Shown: positions 50,097 to 63,851 of the stretch, in pieces
How positions within the stretch are numbered: the stretch's first letter is position 1
Layout: each line of letters opens with the position of its first letter
DNA from: Lingula anatina
Lineage: Eukaryota > Animalia > Brachiopoda
Direction of reading: 5' to 3'
DNA: 64,000 nt
NCBI GenBank assembly: GCA_051362555.1
Contig: CM120642.1
Location: forward strand, 10,168,001-10,232,000
The notes under the pieces: generated by a model
Told to the model about the DNA's origin: nothing
The model's input: the letters and a program-made list of their open reading frames with translations, nothing else
Databases searched by the model: none
Translations under genes and position numbers: made by a program

Positions 50097-53000
50097 TACT
50101 TTGCAAGGAAAAAATATAAAAGCCGATATTTTTTGTTTTTCGAGGGATTTTTCATTGATAGATGCATTATTGAATAATTAGAGGCAGAGGCATTTTCGGT
50201 ATTTGGATGATAATAAAGGGTTACAATAACCTTAAAACAGCTATTGTTCGATTTCGTGTAGCAAATAAACAATTTGATCGTGGCGATGTTCTGGCAAGTG
50301 CTTTGTTTTGTTTAAATGAAGTACCCGGGCGTTGGCCGCGGTACTCCTCCATTTCAACACGATGATTGTTCTGGGTATAACCTTACTACAATCCGGAGCA
50401 TCTTATCTGACATTTTCGCTTTTGTCACAAAGCAAAGACAGACAGCTGAGCCCTGGGTTAGATGACCTTCTCTTTCGGAGTCTTTGTTAGTTGTTTTCGT
50501 GAAAAAAAGAATGAAGCATTTTTTCAGAGCCGACATGGGGCCTAACCTAACCCAACCCCAATCCTAACCCTAGATATAGCCTTACTACAACCTGGAGCAT
50601 CTTATCTGACATTTTCTCTTTTGTCACAAATCAAAGATGGGCAGCTGAGCCCTGGGTTAAATGATTCTTTCTTCCCGAGGCTTTGTTGGTTGTTTTCGCG
50701 AAAAAATATGCATGAAGCGTTCATTCCATCGCCGACAGGGGAAAACTTATTTATTTTCAAATTTTCAAAATTAACAGCTCTGATCGTCGGCGGCGTTTGA
50801 TTGCTGTTAACCGTTCACTGTCATTCTACAAAACCACGGAATTTTAATGACTGGATTTGCCACTGGATTGGCGCGGTCAATTACGTATGATACTTTAGTG
50901 CCGTATATACTATATATGGCAATCGTACTTAACCAACAAAACATGTTATTCTAACATATTACATATCAGTGTTTTTGTGCATGTGTCGACTGATGCCCCA
51001 TTATTGGATAAGATTCATCGCGTTTCCTAACACACTTATTCATATTTTCTTCGCCAGACTGAGCTGGTGAAAATGTACAGAGGTAAATAGTAATAGTAAT
51101 AATACAAAAAAGAAAATTTAATATAGATAAATAGTACCAAAATTGTATATATATAGATGTGCATCGCTATTACTCATACATGTCCAGTATTTCATAATCG
51201 TAAACTAAGTGTGATGTTAATGCCGAGTCAACTGCTCACAGCATGAAACGTACGCTAGCATGACTTAGACATAGAAATTAATTATGCACGGTACTGATTT
51301 GTACTATTTAAAATGAACTTTATATTTAGAGTAACTGTGTGCAGTGATTTTTTAGGCAACTAGATGTGTTTTGGCCAGTCTGCTGGTTTTCCAGGTTTTC
51401 TTTTTCACAATTCTTTTAAACGAAAGAACAAATGGACGCAAAGATGTTTTCGTGGAGCAAAGGACGTCACTTCAGCGATATCCAAATGATGACTATATTG
51501 TTTGTTAAAGTCTTGCTTAACAGAAATATATATTTCAAAGTTCAGTAAAAATAAAGCAATCTGATAAAAAAAGAAAAGTCTGTTGTTTCTCTATTACTCA
51601 CAGTTTGTCATTTTCACGGTATCTCTACTCTCCACTTTTTTAATATCTCTTGAGCATTTTGCGAGATGTAGCGACTGGTCACATACCTTTTTGCAATCGG
51701 TGATGGTTGCGAGGCAAAAAGAGGTGTCGTGTTCACTGTGAAATTACAGACCTTCTGGCCTTATGGAGATCAAGACTTTGAGCAAGGTAATATTAATATT
51801 AATTATTATTATTATTTTTATTATTATTATTAATATTATTATTACACTACTGGTTAAATCACAAAGGTAATATACCATCTCTTACAACTGTAAAATGAGC
51901 AAAATTCCTAGGAAATTACATAAACCATCTTTGCTTTTACATGTATATTTAATATTCTTAAGTTCAAATTGAGAAACAAAAAGAAAGTATACGTCTACAG
52001 TCATAAAAGAGCCGACAAATCTAATTCAAATCTAACCCGATAAGGTGAATCATTTCTGCCAAGGAATGGATCCTACAGTTGTGTAATAATGTGTCACGTG
52101 TACGCTCCATGTTTTGCCTCCCTTAAAGCAATAATAACTCTTCGTTTCGGCCAAAAAATGAATTTTCCTGGAGTAAACAACAATTTTCCCATACTTACCA
52201 ATGGTTAATGAATCCATTTTTACATTCAAAGTTAGTCCCTGGTTTTTTTCTAAAAAGTTTGGTTTTTTGTTAAAATCTCTTAAGAGATTTTAACAAAGTA
52301 TAGACATCAATGGAGGTCACGTGGTCTAAAGACAAGTTCAAATATCAGAATAAAAGCTATAACTGCTGTTTTTGTGGTAAAACAGAATATATTATATTTC
52401 TATGAGTTATTCATAAGGTTTTTATTGTGAAATATAGGTCTCATACAAAGAGTTATTATGCCTTTAACGGATGGATCTGTAACTTTGTCCATATCTTCTT
52501 TGTATTGGCTCATCTCTTCAACTCCTATGAGTTCATGTTTTTATATCTGTGGCGTTCCAAAGGCTTCACTAAAAAATTAATGACCCATCCTACATGTACA
52601 GGTAACACTACATGTCGCTAGTGAAAGCGAGCATTTTACAAGGCCCATTCAGTTGTCTCGAATATAACCTAATCGTCGAGAAGATTTCGTTATCTAATCA
52701 TTTACGTACTGTAAACGATATTTACCCTCAAACTATTCCTTTTTGTTTATTAATTTCTTTCTTTAAAGGGGGGTGGTAAATTTTGTTAATCTCTCTCTAT
52801 ATGTGTGTGTGTGTGTGTGTCTTTGGTAATAGCTTGTTGATGGCATATACCTATCTATGAACGTTACCTTTTACTGATACAAAATCTAGTCTTATTCTTG
52901 GGTCTATTTCCATGAGCATAATCAGTCAAAAACAATTTGATTTCCCCATATCATAAACCAAGGGAAGACTAATTTTAAGATTGGACTTTTAACCATCTTT

Positions 53001-53198
53001 CATTATTTATTGTTCTTGGGTTTTATTTAACGTTTGTGTGTTTGCATGGTTATTTGCCATTCACAGAGGCTGAGTTATAACGATTCAATTACAAAATTTA
53101 CAAAATTGCAACTGTCAAGTTTTGTCACAACGTAAGACTTTCTTGCCCATGTGCACGAGAGATATTTCGATTAGCTCAACATAAACAGCGTTCTGGCA

Positions 53199-53230
<32 letters not shown>

Positions 53231-53660
53231 TGAATAAAGTATCTGGGCGTTGGCCACGGTAATTCAATCATGATGATTGTTCTTACTACAACCCGGAGCA
53301 TCTTATCTGACATTTTCGCTTTTGTCACAAACCAAAGACGGACAGCTAAGCCCTGGGTCAAATGACTATTTCTCTTTCGGGGTCTTTGTTTGTTGTTTTC
53401 GTGAAAAAAATATGCATGAAGCGTTCGTTTCAGCGCCGATACGGGAAAGCTTATTTATTTTCAAATTTTCTAAAGTAGCCAAATGGAGCTGTATATGTGT
53501 CCAAATCTTTTTTGTATTCCCTCATCTCTGCAACACCCATGAGTTCATGTTTTTATGTCTGCGGCATTCCAAAGGCTACATTAAAATTAAGCTTCGACCC
53601 ATCCTACATGTACAGGTAACACTACATGTCGCTAATGAAAACGAGCATTCTACAAGGCCT

Positions 53661-53925
53661 TGTAAGGGACGCGGTGGCGCCCCTTAGCATGTCCCACGCC
53701 CCTAGGATGTCGCGGCGCCCGCGCCTAGACTATAGGATGTCGCGGCGCCCGCGCCTAGTAAGATTTATTATAAAGTATTATTATAATGAGACATTAAGGT
53801 ACATATAAATAGAACAGGTGGTGGGTAGAGGGAGAAGTTAGGTAGTGGGAATAAAGCTGTTTGGAAATCCACGACTCTTGTTGCTCACTTCTTCTCGATC
53901 TGTGAACCTAAAATCGAACCTTACA
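53661..53925 (+). mobile_element. Solo LTR (265 bp, 4-bp TSD, Gypsy-like)
   Basis: gcct|TGTAAGG ... CCTTACA|gcct; TATAAA at ~53804 and AATAAA at ~53850; internal ~31-bp duplication; empty site at ~37935. Confidence 0.85.
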
Positions 53926-54690
53926 GCCTATTCCGTTGTCTCGAATATAACCTCATCGTCAAGAAGGTTTCGTAAACAAATCATTTAAATACTGTAAAGG
54001 ATATTTACCCTCAAAAATCAATTTTCGTGGGAAAAAAGGAATTTTGTCCGTATCACGAATTCTTTCTCTACTCTTCTCGGCACTTAGAGTCGGTGTTTTC
54101 TTTCATTTTTAATTCAATGGTTTTGTTCTAAATGACTTTCCAGTCAGCTTTAAAGAAGTTTAAAAGGTATAAATCATAAAGGTTACTAGCTTTGCAGGAC
54201 GGATAGAATATGTAGAAAATATAAGTTCCAGTAATTTTCAAACGCGTTCGGTGTACATGTGCCTTGAAGCTCACTTGTTCGCACAGTTAGTTTTAAGAAC
54301 GTACGTTCGGGGGAGTGTAAATCGTTATAATCCTAAGCAATTTTGGCCAACAGGATATACTTTTTTGTGTTATATGATTGTGAGTCATGATCTATCTAAC
54401 GTTGTTTACTTCAACTTTTCTGCATGATTTATCTAGAAAAATACCGATAACAATGACAACATCCACACTAGCTATTTCGACGCAACTGCGGTTCTAACGC
54501 GGATATCTTTTCAAAGGTGAACGGGCTGATTATTTATTGGACCACAGGTTTCTTGCTTGTGCTTGGGGATAATGTCACCTTCAAATATCTTTGTCTGTGT
54601 AGTGAATCACTTCATTAGAAATTCACGACAGCCCAGTTGAATTTGCAAATTTAAGCAATCACCTTCGTCTCGGCAAGTTTGAACTGTCTT

Positions 54691-54768
54691 ATGATGGACG
54701 GAAAGGAATGTCAGTGTCCCATGCCAACCTGTCACGTCACCTATCCAGGTAGGGCAATCTCTCTCTCC

Positions 54769-54804
<36 letters not shown>

Positions 54805-55464
54805 TGCACGTGCAACACGTATAGCCTAAGATAGGGGCCAGCCGAGGGATGAAGGTAATTCCATACAAAAATTCTGGCTCACATTGCAGAAAAGTAGATA
54901 GAATTAACAAGAGACTAATTTGTGAATATAGTGAAAAATCAATCTGTGGCATGGGTAGAGGGAACGTTGAGTACAGTTGTGAGTAATACCAGTACCAGGC
55001 TACATCTAATCTTCAGTACTACTAGGTGCAGGCCACTGATAATCAGGCTTAAATCTACTATTTTCAGGAAAATATAAAACCAAAGTCGCGTTCTCCGCCA
55101 TGTGTACTACTAATCTGATAAACGACAACGCCGCTGCTGATCTTACATTTCAAAAGACCCTGACAAATCTTGGACGAGGCTTCGATGACGTCTCCTCATT
55201 CCATGCACCGGTCGACGGAACCTACTTCTTCACTTTCGCTATTCACACCGGTGTCAGGACTGCAAGAGTGTACCTGCGCACCAATGCCGGCTACGTGAAT
55301 GAAGCTTATGGGACCCCGGTCGGTCAGACCTCGACCAACCAGGCCATACTTCGTCTACAGAAGGGAGACAGGGTGTGGCTGCAACAGCAACCAAATGGAT
55401 ATACAATCAGCCTTGCAGAGAACATTTATGTCTCGTTTAAGGATTCCTTTTGTATGAAGATTAA
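54691..55464 (+). pseudogene. C1q-domain pseudogene, C1q-2b (signal-peptide ATG lost; frameshift in last strand)
   Basis: Same ATG deletion as 2a, so only an internal ATG at 54691 remains; exon 1 ends 54748, exon 2 starts 55068. A 1-bp deletion at ~55440 (tttaagga vs tttaatgga) removes the conserved FNGFLLYED. The TATA box is degenerate. Confidence 0.8.
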
Positions 55465-57885
55465 CAGGCACGTAAACAGGCAGAAGATGGCGTGCTCAAT
55501 TGCCAGTTCACACATGCACGCACACGCGCGCGCACACACATAAACACACACAAACACATGCAAACACACGCACAATCACATGAACTGTATTTTGCAAATA
55601 GGAACGATAAAAAGAACTTCTAAATATACTCACTAATGATTAAAATGTTTCCGTCTACCAAATAACTATTTCATAAAACTGGAATATATTATTCTACTTC
55701 CTAAAGCCTTTTTAGAATACATTGCCATCAATATAATGGTTATCATGTACTCTTTTCACGTTAACGTCTTCTAGGACTACTTGTTGAACAATATTTTAAT
55801 CCGCAATAAAATGATGCATAAAACTGTATTTCGACTGCCTTTGTTCCGAAGGCTTTTCAATAAATTGTTGATTTATGAAATACAATCTTCTACCAAGTCC
55901 AATATAACAAATAAGAAGTGATTTAAGGCAACCGAGCTACATGCTGCAATGTACGAGTGACTGGAGAAGATTGCGGTAGGAGTGCCCATTGTGTTTTTCA
56001 TTTCTAAAACGGGTTTGCCTCATCGGATGTGTCGACCGTAACATTCTTATTTATTCATTTCATTGACTTTTTGTAGGAGGGGATAGTACAAGTCATATCA
56101 TGGAAAACTTTCCAGTAATATGGATACTGAATTTTTCTTTTACACTATTTATAACAAATGCTTTCAATGGATGCCTATAGTTGTACACTGTACAGTTAAT
56201 TCAGTGCAAAATGAAAAAAAAAATACTGTAACATTGGTATATACACTGTATTAGCATATGTAAGATAGATAGTTCCATGGCGCTCAAGATATGATATTAT
56301 ATTATATAATCTTTAAATTACATATTTATTTTTCACTACAAAATAAAAAAAATGTCATTTTCAATGTTGTCTAGTTTTTTTGTTAATGAAGAATAAATGT
56401 TTGTCATATACGTTAATTTTGTGTTGTTTTGTTGTTGATTTTAATTTTGTAAAGAATCAGTTAAGATTTGAAGCAAAAGTTGCCACATAGACCTTTACAG
56501 TGAGTAGGGTTTTAAAAAGAAGAAAACGTAAATATATACACTGCAACAACAGAAAACTTGTTTTAAGGTTTTTTATTGAAGTCCAAATTTCATTAAAATA
56601 TCAGGTTTTTCCTGAAACTGTTGCCTCAATTAGATTATTTAAAAGTCGTTTAAATTGTACAGTGAAATGTTCATTTAAGCTGCCTTCATGTACGTGTTAT
56701 ACATGTAGTTTGAATCAATTCAAATTATCCACATTTTTGTACTCCTCCAGCTCACGTGATCCCATGAGTTCATGTTTTTTTTTCTGGGGAGTTTCAAATG
56801 TTTCATTTTAGAAAACTACGACCCATCCTTTATGTACACGTTATACTAAATGTTGCATCTGAAAACGAGCATATAGAAGGCCAATTCCGTTGGCTCGAAC
56901 ACATGTATAACGTAACCGCCAAGAGGACTTCTTTTCGCATCGTTTCGATACTTTAAATGGGAATTATCCGCCAAAATTCCTGGAGAAAAAAGCAATTTAT
57001 CCAATCACGAATCATTGCTCTACTCGTCCCAGCACTTTTTAATTCAGCTACTTAGTTCTAAACAACTGGCCAGTCATTTAGATGGCCATGTCTTCCTGTA
57101 CATTACAGGAGCTAATGACGTCACGTACTTTTATTTGAGGCTTTTATAGCTTTCATACGCAGACAATGTCTAAACTTTGTAGAAATATAAGTTTTGTGAA
57201 TTTTCAGACGCGCACTGTGTACCATATGTTTCAGGGCTCATTCCCTTATCTAACGGCCTTCGTAGATCGATCCAACGCTGAGAGTACCCTCGCTGAATGC
57301 AATCAGTATAACAGATCAACACTCTTCCTCAATAGAAAACAGATAAGCTTGTGATTTTAAACGAGTACGTTGGAAACAAAAGGAGGCGTATTACTTTGAT
57401 AAACTGATTGCATTAAGCGACAGTCACTAGAGAAGTTGGATCGATAAACGTGCACCACTTGTGTCAATGAAAATAAGCCCTATATTCGCTTGTTCACATC
57501 AGTTAGCTTTATAAATTAAATAATGTTGTTATCCTATACTATAAGGCCAACAGGATACAGATTTAAAAAGATTTCATATTATTGTGAGTCATGGTTATTA
57601 TTACTTGTTATCTTCAAATTTGCTGCATCTGGAAATAAAATAAACATGTTTTGTCTAGATAGCAATGACAACATTCAATTTAGCTATTTCGACGCCAAAC
57701 CGCGGTTCTATCAAGGCTATTTTTTGTAACGTGAAAGGACAGATAACAAGGGTTTATTGGACCACAATTGCTTGCTAGTGTAAAAAGGGCTAATGTCACC
57801 TTCAAATATCCTTGTCTGTGTAGTATAAATCATTTCATTAGACGTTCACGACAACACAGTTGAATTTGTTTACAAACGCTGCACG

Positions 57886-58022
57886 ATGCAATTTGTAGCA
57901 ATCAGCTTCGTCTTGGCAAGTTTTATCTGCCTTATGGTAGATGCAGAAGAAAGTCAGTGTCCCACTCCAACCTGTCACATCACCTATCCAGGTACATGTA
58001 AGACAATCTTTCTCTCATTCTC

Positions 58023-58080
<58 letters not shown>

Positions 58081-58747
58081 ACGCTCATGCGCGTGCAGCA
58101 AGTATTCTATAAAATAGGGGCCAGCAGAGGGATGAAAGTAATTCCGCATATAAACCGCTCACAGTACAGAAAGTTGGATAGAATTAACAAGAGACAAAGT
58201 TGTGAAAATGTAGTGTAAACTTGATCAATCTGAGGCACTGGTAGAGGGAACGTTGAGTACAGTTGTGAGTAATATCAGTACTGAGTACCAGGCTAGATCT
58301 AATCTTCAGCACTACCAGGTGAAGGCCACTAGCAAGCAGGTTTTACTATTTTCAGGAAAAACCAAAGTTGCATTCTCCGCCATGTCTACTTCAATTGTGA
58401 GAAACGGCAACGCCGCTGTCGATCTTGCGTTTCAAAAGACCCTGACAAATCTTGGACGAGGCTTCGATGACGTCTCCTCATTCCGTGCACCGGTCGACGG
58501 AACCTACTTCTTCACTTTCGCTATTCACAGCGGTGTCAAGAGTGCTAGAGTGTACCTCCGCACCAATGCCGGCTATGTGAATGAAGCCTTTGGGTCCGCG
58601 GGCTATCATACCTCGACCAACCAGGCCATACTACGTCTACAGAAGGGAGACAGGGTGTGGCTCCAACAGCAACCGAATGGAGCTACGATTAGCCTTCCAG
58701 AGCACATTCATGTCTCGTTTAATGGATTCCTTTTGTATGAAGATTAA
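57886..58747 (+). CDS. Secreted globular C1q-domain protein, C1q-3b (165 aa, intact)
   Basis: Exon 1 57886-57991 and exon 2 58356-58747. Differs from 3a by R/G in VRN(R/G)NAA. Confidence 0.92.
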
Positions 58748-61401
58748 CAGGCACATAAACAAGCAGAAGATGGCGTGCGCAATTGCAAGTTCACACATAC
58801 ACGCACGTTCACACACGCGCGCACACATAAACACACATAAACACACGCAAACACACACGCACAATCACATGAACTGTATTATGTCACGAAAATAGGAACG
58901 ATAAAAAGAACTGCTGAATATACTCACTAATGATTAAAATGTTTCCGTCTACCAAATAACTATTTCATAAAACTGGAATGTATTATTCTACTTCTACTTC
59001 TCTCTACTTTTTAGAATGCATTGCCATCATTATAATGGTTATCATGTACTCTTTTCCCGTTAACGACTTCTAGGACTACTTGTTGAACGATATTTTTATC
59101 CGCAATAAAATGATGCATAAAACGGTATTTCGATTGCCTTTGTTCCTAAGGCTTTTCAACAAATTGTTGATTGATGAAATAATATCATCTACCAAGTCCA
59201 ATAAATAAGATGTGATTAAAGGCTGGAGCGTAAATATCACAACCGAGCTACATGCTGCAATGTACGAGTGACTGGAGAAGATTGCGGTAGGAGTGCCCAT
59301 TGTGTTTTTCATTTCAAAAACGGGTTTGCCTCATCGGATGTGTCGACCGTAGCGTTCTTATTTATTCATTTTTCTTTCTTTCTTTCTTTTCTTTTTTTTT
59401 TTTTTTTTGGCTTTTTGTAGGATGGGATAGTACAGGTCATATCATGGATACTGAATTTTTCTTTTACACTATTCATAACAAATGCTTTCAATGGATGCCT
59501 ATAGTTGTACATTGTACAATAAATACAGTGCAAAATGAAAAAAAAACATACTGTAGCATTGGTATATACACTGTATTAGCATATGTAAGATAGATAGTTC
59601 CATGACGCCCAAGATATGTTATTATATCATATCATATGAAACACATGATATGTTATTATATCATATGTTTCATAATCTTAAAATTATATATTTATTTCTC
59701 ACTACAAAATAAAAAAAATGTCATTTTCAATGTTGTCTAGTTTTTTTGTTCATGAAGAATAAATATTTGTCATATATGTTAATTTGGTGTTGTTTTGTTG
59801 TTGATTTTTATTTTGTAAAGAATCAGTTAAGATTTGAAGCAAAAGTTGACCGTTACATTGAGTAGGGTTTTAAAAAGAAGAAAATGTAAATACATACACT
59901 GCAACCACAGAAAACTTGTTTTAAGGTCTTTTATTGAAGTCCAAATTTCATTAAAATATCAGGTTTTTCCTGAAACTGTTGCTTCAATTAAATTATTTAA
60001 AATTCGTTTAAATTGTACAGTTAAATGTTTATTAAATCTGCCTACATGTACGTGTGATACATGTAGTTTGAACCAATGGAAATTTCTGAAGTATACCTAA
60101 TATTTTTCTTTTTAAATCTGATACAATATCATAGAAATCAAGGTGTCATTTTATGAGATAATGTTGTCGCTTTAAAATACATTGGGGTGAATTTGCTAAC
60201 TCCAACTGATGACTTTAATAGTTCTAAAGTCTATTTAATCAAAATAATCAGTAAATAGTACAGACGGTGCCAGGAAATTTGATATTATAAGTACTACAGT
60301 AGTAAAGAGGCGATATAATGCGGGCTCATCTCTCATAAACTAAAAATTGTAAGACCAGACACTGCAGCTAGATTGCAGTTCAAACCCTGGTCGTCAGTCA
60401 TGCCAATGACCATTATAACCAGTTTATTTAATTAGTAATCGAAACTTTATTTACTGCCTTACACACATTCTTTTGGGTATTAGATAAACCTTCAGTGTTC
60501 AGTGACTAAATTAATTAACATTTATACATAAGTCATCTTACGGGTGATGTCATAATTGCAATTTTGGAGTAAGAACTGAAAAATCGGTATCTCAAATTTC
60601 TCTTTTACCTGATCCGCGATCACTGTTTTTAAACGTTAAAACGCCAATTTAATGACACTATTTACCGGCCTTATAAACGGATTACGCGACTATTAACACT
60701 ACCCGCAGATCTTTTAGCACAAACAGTAATATTGACCACAAAGCACACGAATTTACCAGTACACCGTACAATTATTTAGCACCAACAACGCGATTCCTAG
60801 CACTAACATTCATCTGCTCTGGTAGTGCTGGTTAATTTCTGGGTTAGGTGGTTAATATGTGTGTTAGTGCTAAAAGATCTGAGGGTAGTGTTAGTAAACG
60901 CCCAGTCCGTTTATAACGTCTGATTTAGTCTTCTAAATCCCTGCCAGCGATTTTTCTTGGAAGTCTTAGTTAATATTAAAGCAAAATAATGCCTTTGTTT
61001 AATGAAAATCTCAAAAACATTTAAACCAAAATGGCGGCACGGTATTGTAGCTAACACTCGTGGTAAACTCCGCCAATTTTCGTGATAAAAATCTTGTTCA
61101 AGGATAAGTTATGCCCCATACCGATTGCTCTCTCACCTCAAAATAGAAAGGTTTTTAATTGACGATTAAAGCACTGAGCTGCCTAGGTTTATACATTGCA
61201 ACGAGAAATATAAAGGCCGATATTTCATATTTTCGAGTTTTTTTATCAGTACAAAGATAGATGCTTTACTGATTAATAAGATAGAGGAAACCTCATTTTC
61301 GGTATCTGGATGATAATCAAGGGTTACTATATCCTTAATGAATGCACCACTACTGGCATAAACTGAAATGAATAAAACAATATATAAAGATATCTGCACA
61401 T

Positions 61402-63240
61402 TTAGATGTACATATAATTGATGAAAATTGCTATCAAAGCCTGCCAGAACATAAGATTGACTTGGACTGGAGAGAGAGATGTTGGGATACCGGCACTCTT
61501 TTTTCCAGACGAGATCGCACTTAAGGAGTTGCGGTATCTCATAAAATTGACGTTAAAATTAATTTTGAAATAAATCTGACGGTGAGATTTTACTTTGACT
61601 TCATCCACAAAGCCCTCGAACAATCGATCGGCGTCGCTCACACGATGAACGCCCTGCTTAAGTCTTATCGGTATAACGATGGTGATATTACCCCTCTCAT
61701 CTCGGGGTAGTGTGCACCAATCTCCTTCTATCCCTTCTTCTGAAAGCACCCACGCGCCACGTGGTGAAAAGCTAGATAAGTCTCCCCCACTAAAAAACTT
61801 GAAGCCAAGAGTGCAGAGTGCCAAAAACTCACATGGTCTCTTAATGGGCTCTATAGGACTGAGTTGGATACTTAATTTGAATGTCAAGTTAATGATAAGA
61901 TCGAGGGGGAGAGAGCACCACTTTACATCCGCTGGACATTCTTCGGACTGCTTACAGGCATCCTAAAATACAATCCAAATTGTACAGGTCATAAAAACGA
62001 ATTAGGCTTTCCTAATTTCGAGCCTCGGGTTCGTGATCGCAAATGACGAATTATTGGCTCAAACTGCGATATCATGCCACGAACGTAAATTTAGTGGGCG
62101 CGAGCACCGCGATACAAATCGCGAATCTTTTGGGTACCTGTTCGGTACGTTCCGCATGTACGGATTGGGGGTTGAGAAAAAGAACCCTATGTAAATAGCT
62201 AGAGACCCGGATGAATGCTGGCTTTTATGTACATGGGGTACATGTGATGCCAGCGACCACTTATTATACATTCACGCCATGACATCGCGATTTAAGTATT
62301 TAATTCGTTCGCGATAACAAATCCCAGGTTCGAGAGCGCAAACGGCATTTACCGTTTATGAGGCGTGTGCTAGTGGAAAAATATCAGGCCTACCCAACTA
62401 CCAGACTCGACACCGAATGATCTTGAATTCACCGGTAGTTGGGACCACACTACCCGTTTCAAGGTATGCGTCAGTACGAGCTTCGAAGTATCCGACGCGA
62501 CACCGCTCCTGCCTAACCGATGCGATAGCGATGATTCTGAGCGGGGTTGGAAAGTAGTGCATCTCATCTCATTTCAAAATTTGTTCCGGGGTATATGATA
62601 CTGTGAAATTCGTACTGACGCACAACTTCAAAACGGGTAGTGTGGTCCGATCTACCGGTGAATTCGGGATCATTCGGTGCCGAGTCTGGTAGTTGGGTAG
62701 GCCTGAATATGTATAAAACATTTTAAACTACAGGTACATTTTCCTGTGCGTGGTACGGCCAGCGTGCTAATAGGTTGCCGTTATAAGTCAAATTTGACAA
62801 TTCAATGAAATGATGAAATAGAATGACAACTTTCTACATTACTCACTTTAATTTACCATACTTGGAGGCTCACTAGGGGAACATATACAAATGATAACAT
62901 ATAACAAAATGGAAAAAAATCCCTACATTAGATACAATAACAGACTCCCCTTAAAAATTCTTCTAGAATTTTCTGTAAAGGTAACCCAACTACCAATGGA
63001 TTCATGTACCAGAATAAAGACAACACTGCAAATATGAAGAATATGAACTCTTCAGATGATATATTCGAAGTGTTATTTTCGTTTATATTTCAGGTTTCAA
63101 CTATATTTTAATGTGGCGCAAATGAGTTAAAGAATTATGCATGCTTACGCGAGTCCAAGTTTCCTGGCAGCGTGCCTCTCTGTGATAATCAATTAAAGCA
63201 GAAAGGCCATGTGGTTCAAACCCCTTCCTCTCTAGTTCGT
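61402..63240 (-). CDS. Copy A5, exons 2-3 only (exon 1 expected beyond the window end)
   Basis: Exon 2 at 63240-63149 and exon 3 at 61962-61402, with intact splice sites. The exon 3 ORF is identical in translation to A4. Confidence 0.8.
62385..62705. mobile_element. Same MITE in A5 intron 2
   Basis: Matches 44250-44570, including the TSD. Confidence 0.88.
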
Positions 63241-63343
63241 CTGGAGGTTGAAAGGTCAAGTATTAGGTGCACAAAAAATGATGTGCAAAATAATCGTCCT
63301 AATAAATCGATAAGTTAATAGAATTTTATCTAACTATACCAAA

Positions 63344-63787
63344 CACTGAGAATAAAATCGGAGTCCAAGTGACTCCAAACTTGGAGTCCAACAGTGGTGC
63401 CTAAAATAACTCACAATTGGAGTCAAGTTGACACCAATGGAGTAATGCCATTCCAGACCCCACAGGAGGGTCACAATTGACTCCATTCACACATCCGTTC
63501 ATCCCTTGATATATCTCTACAAAAGAGACATGGCGTATGACGCCATACTAAGGAATTTTTTACTCCTTGGGACATCACGATCAAAAAACATCAACAATAG
63601 TACCAAGTGGAGAGACAGCAAGTATCATTGATCCCAGACTGTTGTGTCCCCGGACGGGTTCGAACCCACGTTATCCTGTCCCACAAGCGGACACTCTAAC
63701 CACTCGACCATGCGGTCACATGTTGTGTGAAAGGAGCAATAACAAACAGTTTGTAAATCTGGTAATAAACAGTATGACACACACACA

Positions 63788-63851
<64 letters not shown>

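Noticed and set aside
58253-58355. N-terminal extension of the 164-aa C1q ORF
   Set aside because: It is intronic and begins at TTG; it is open only because of a TAG>AAG change relative to 40191.
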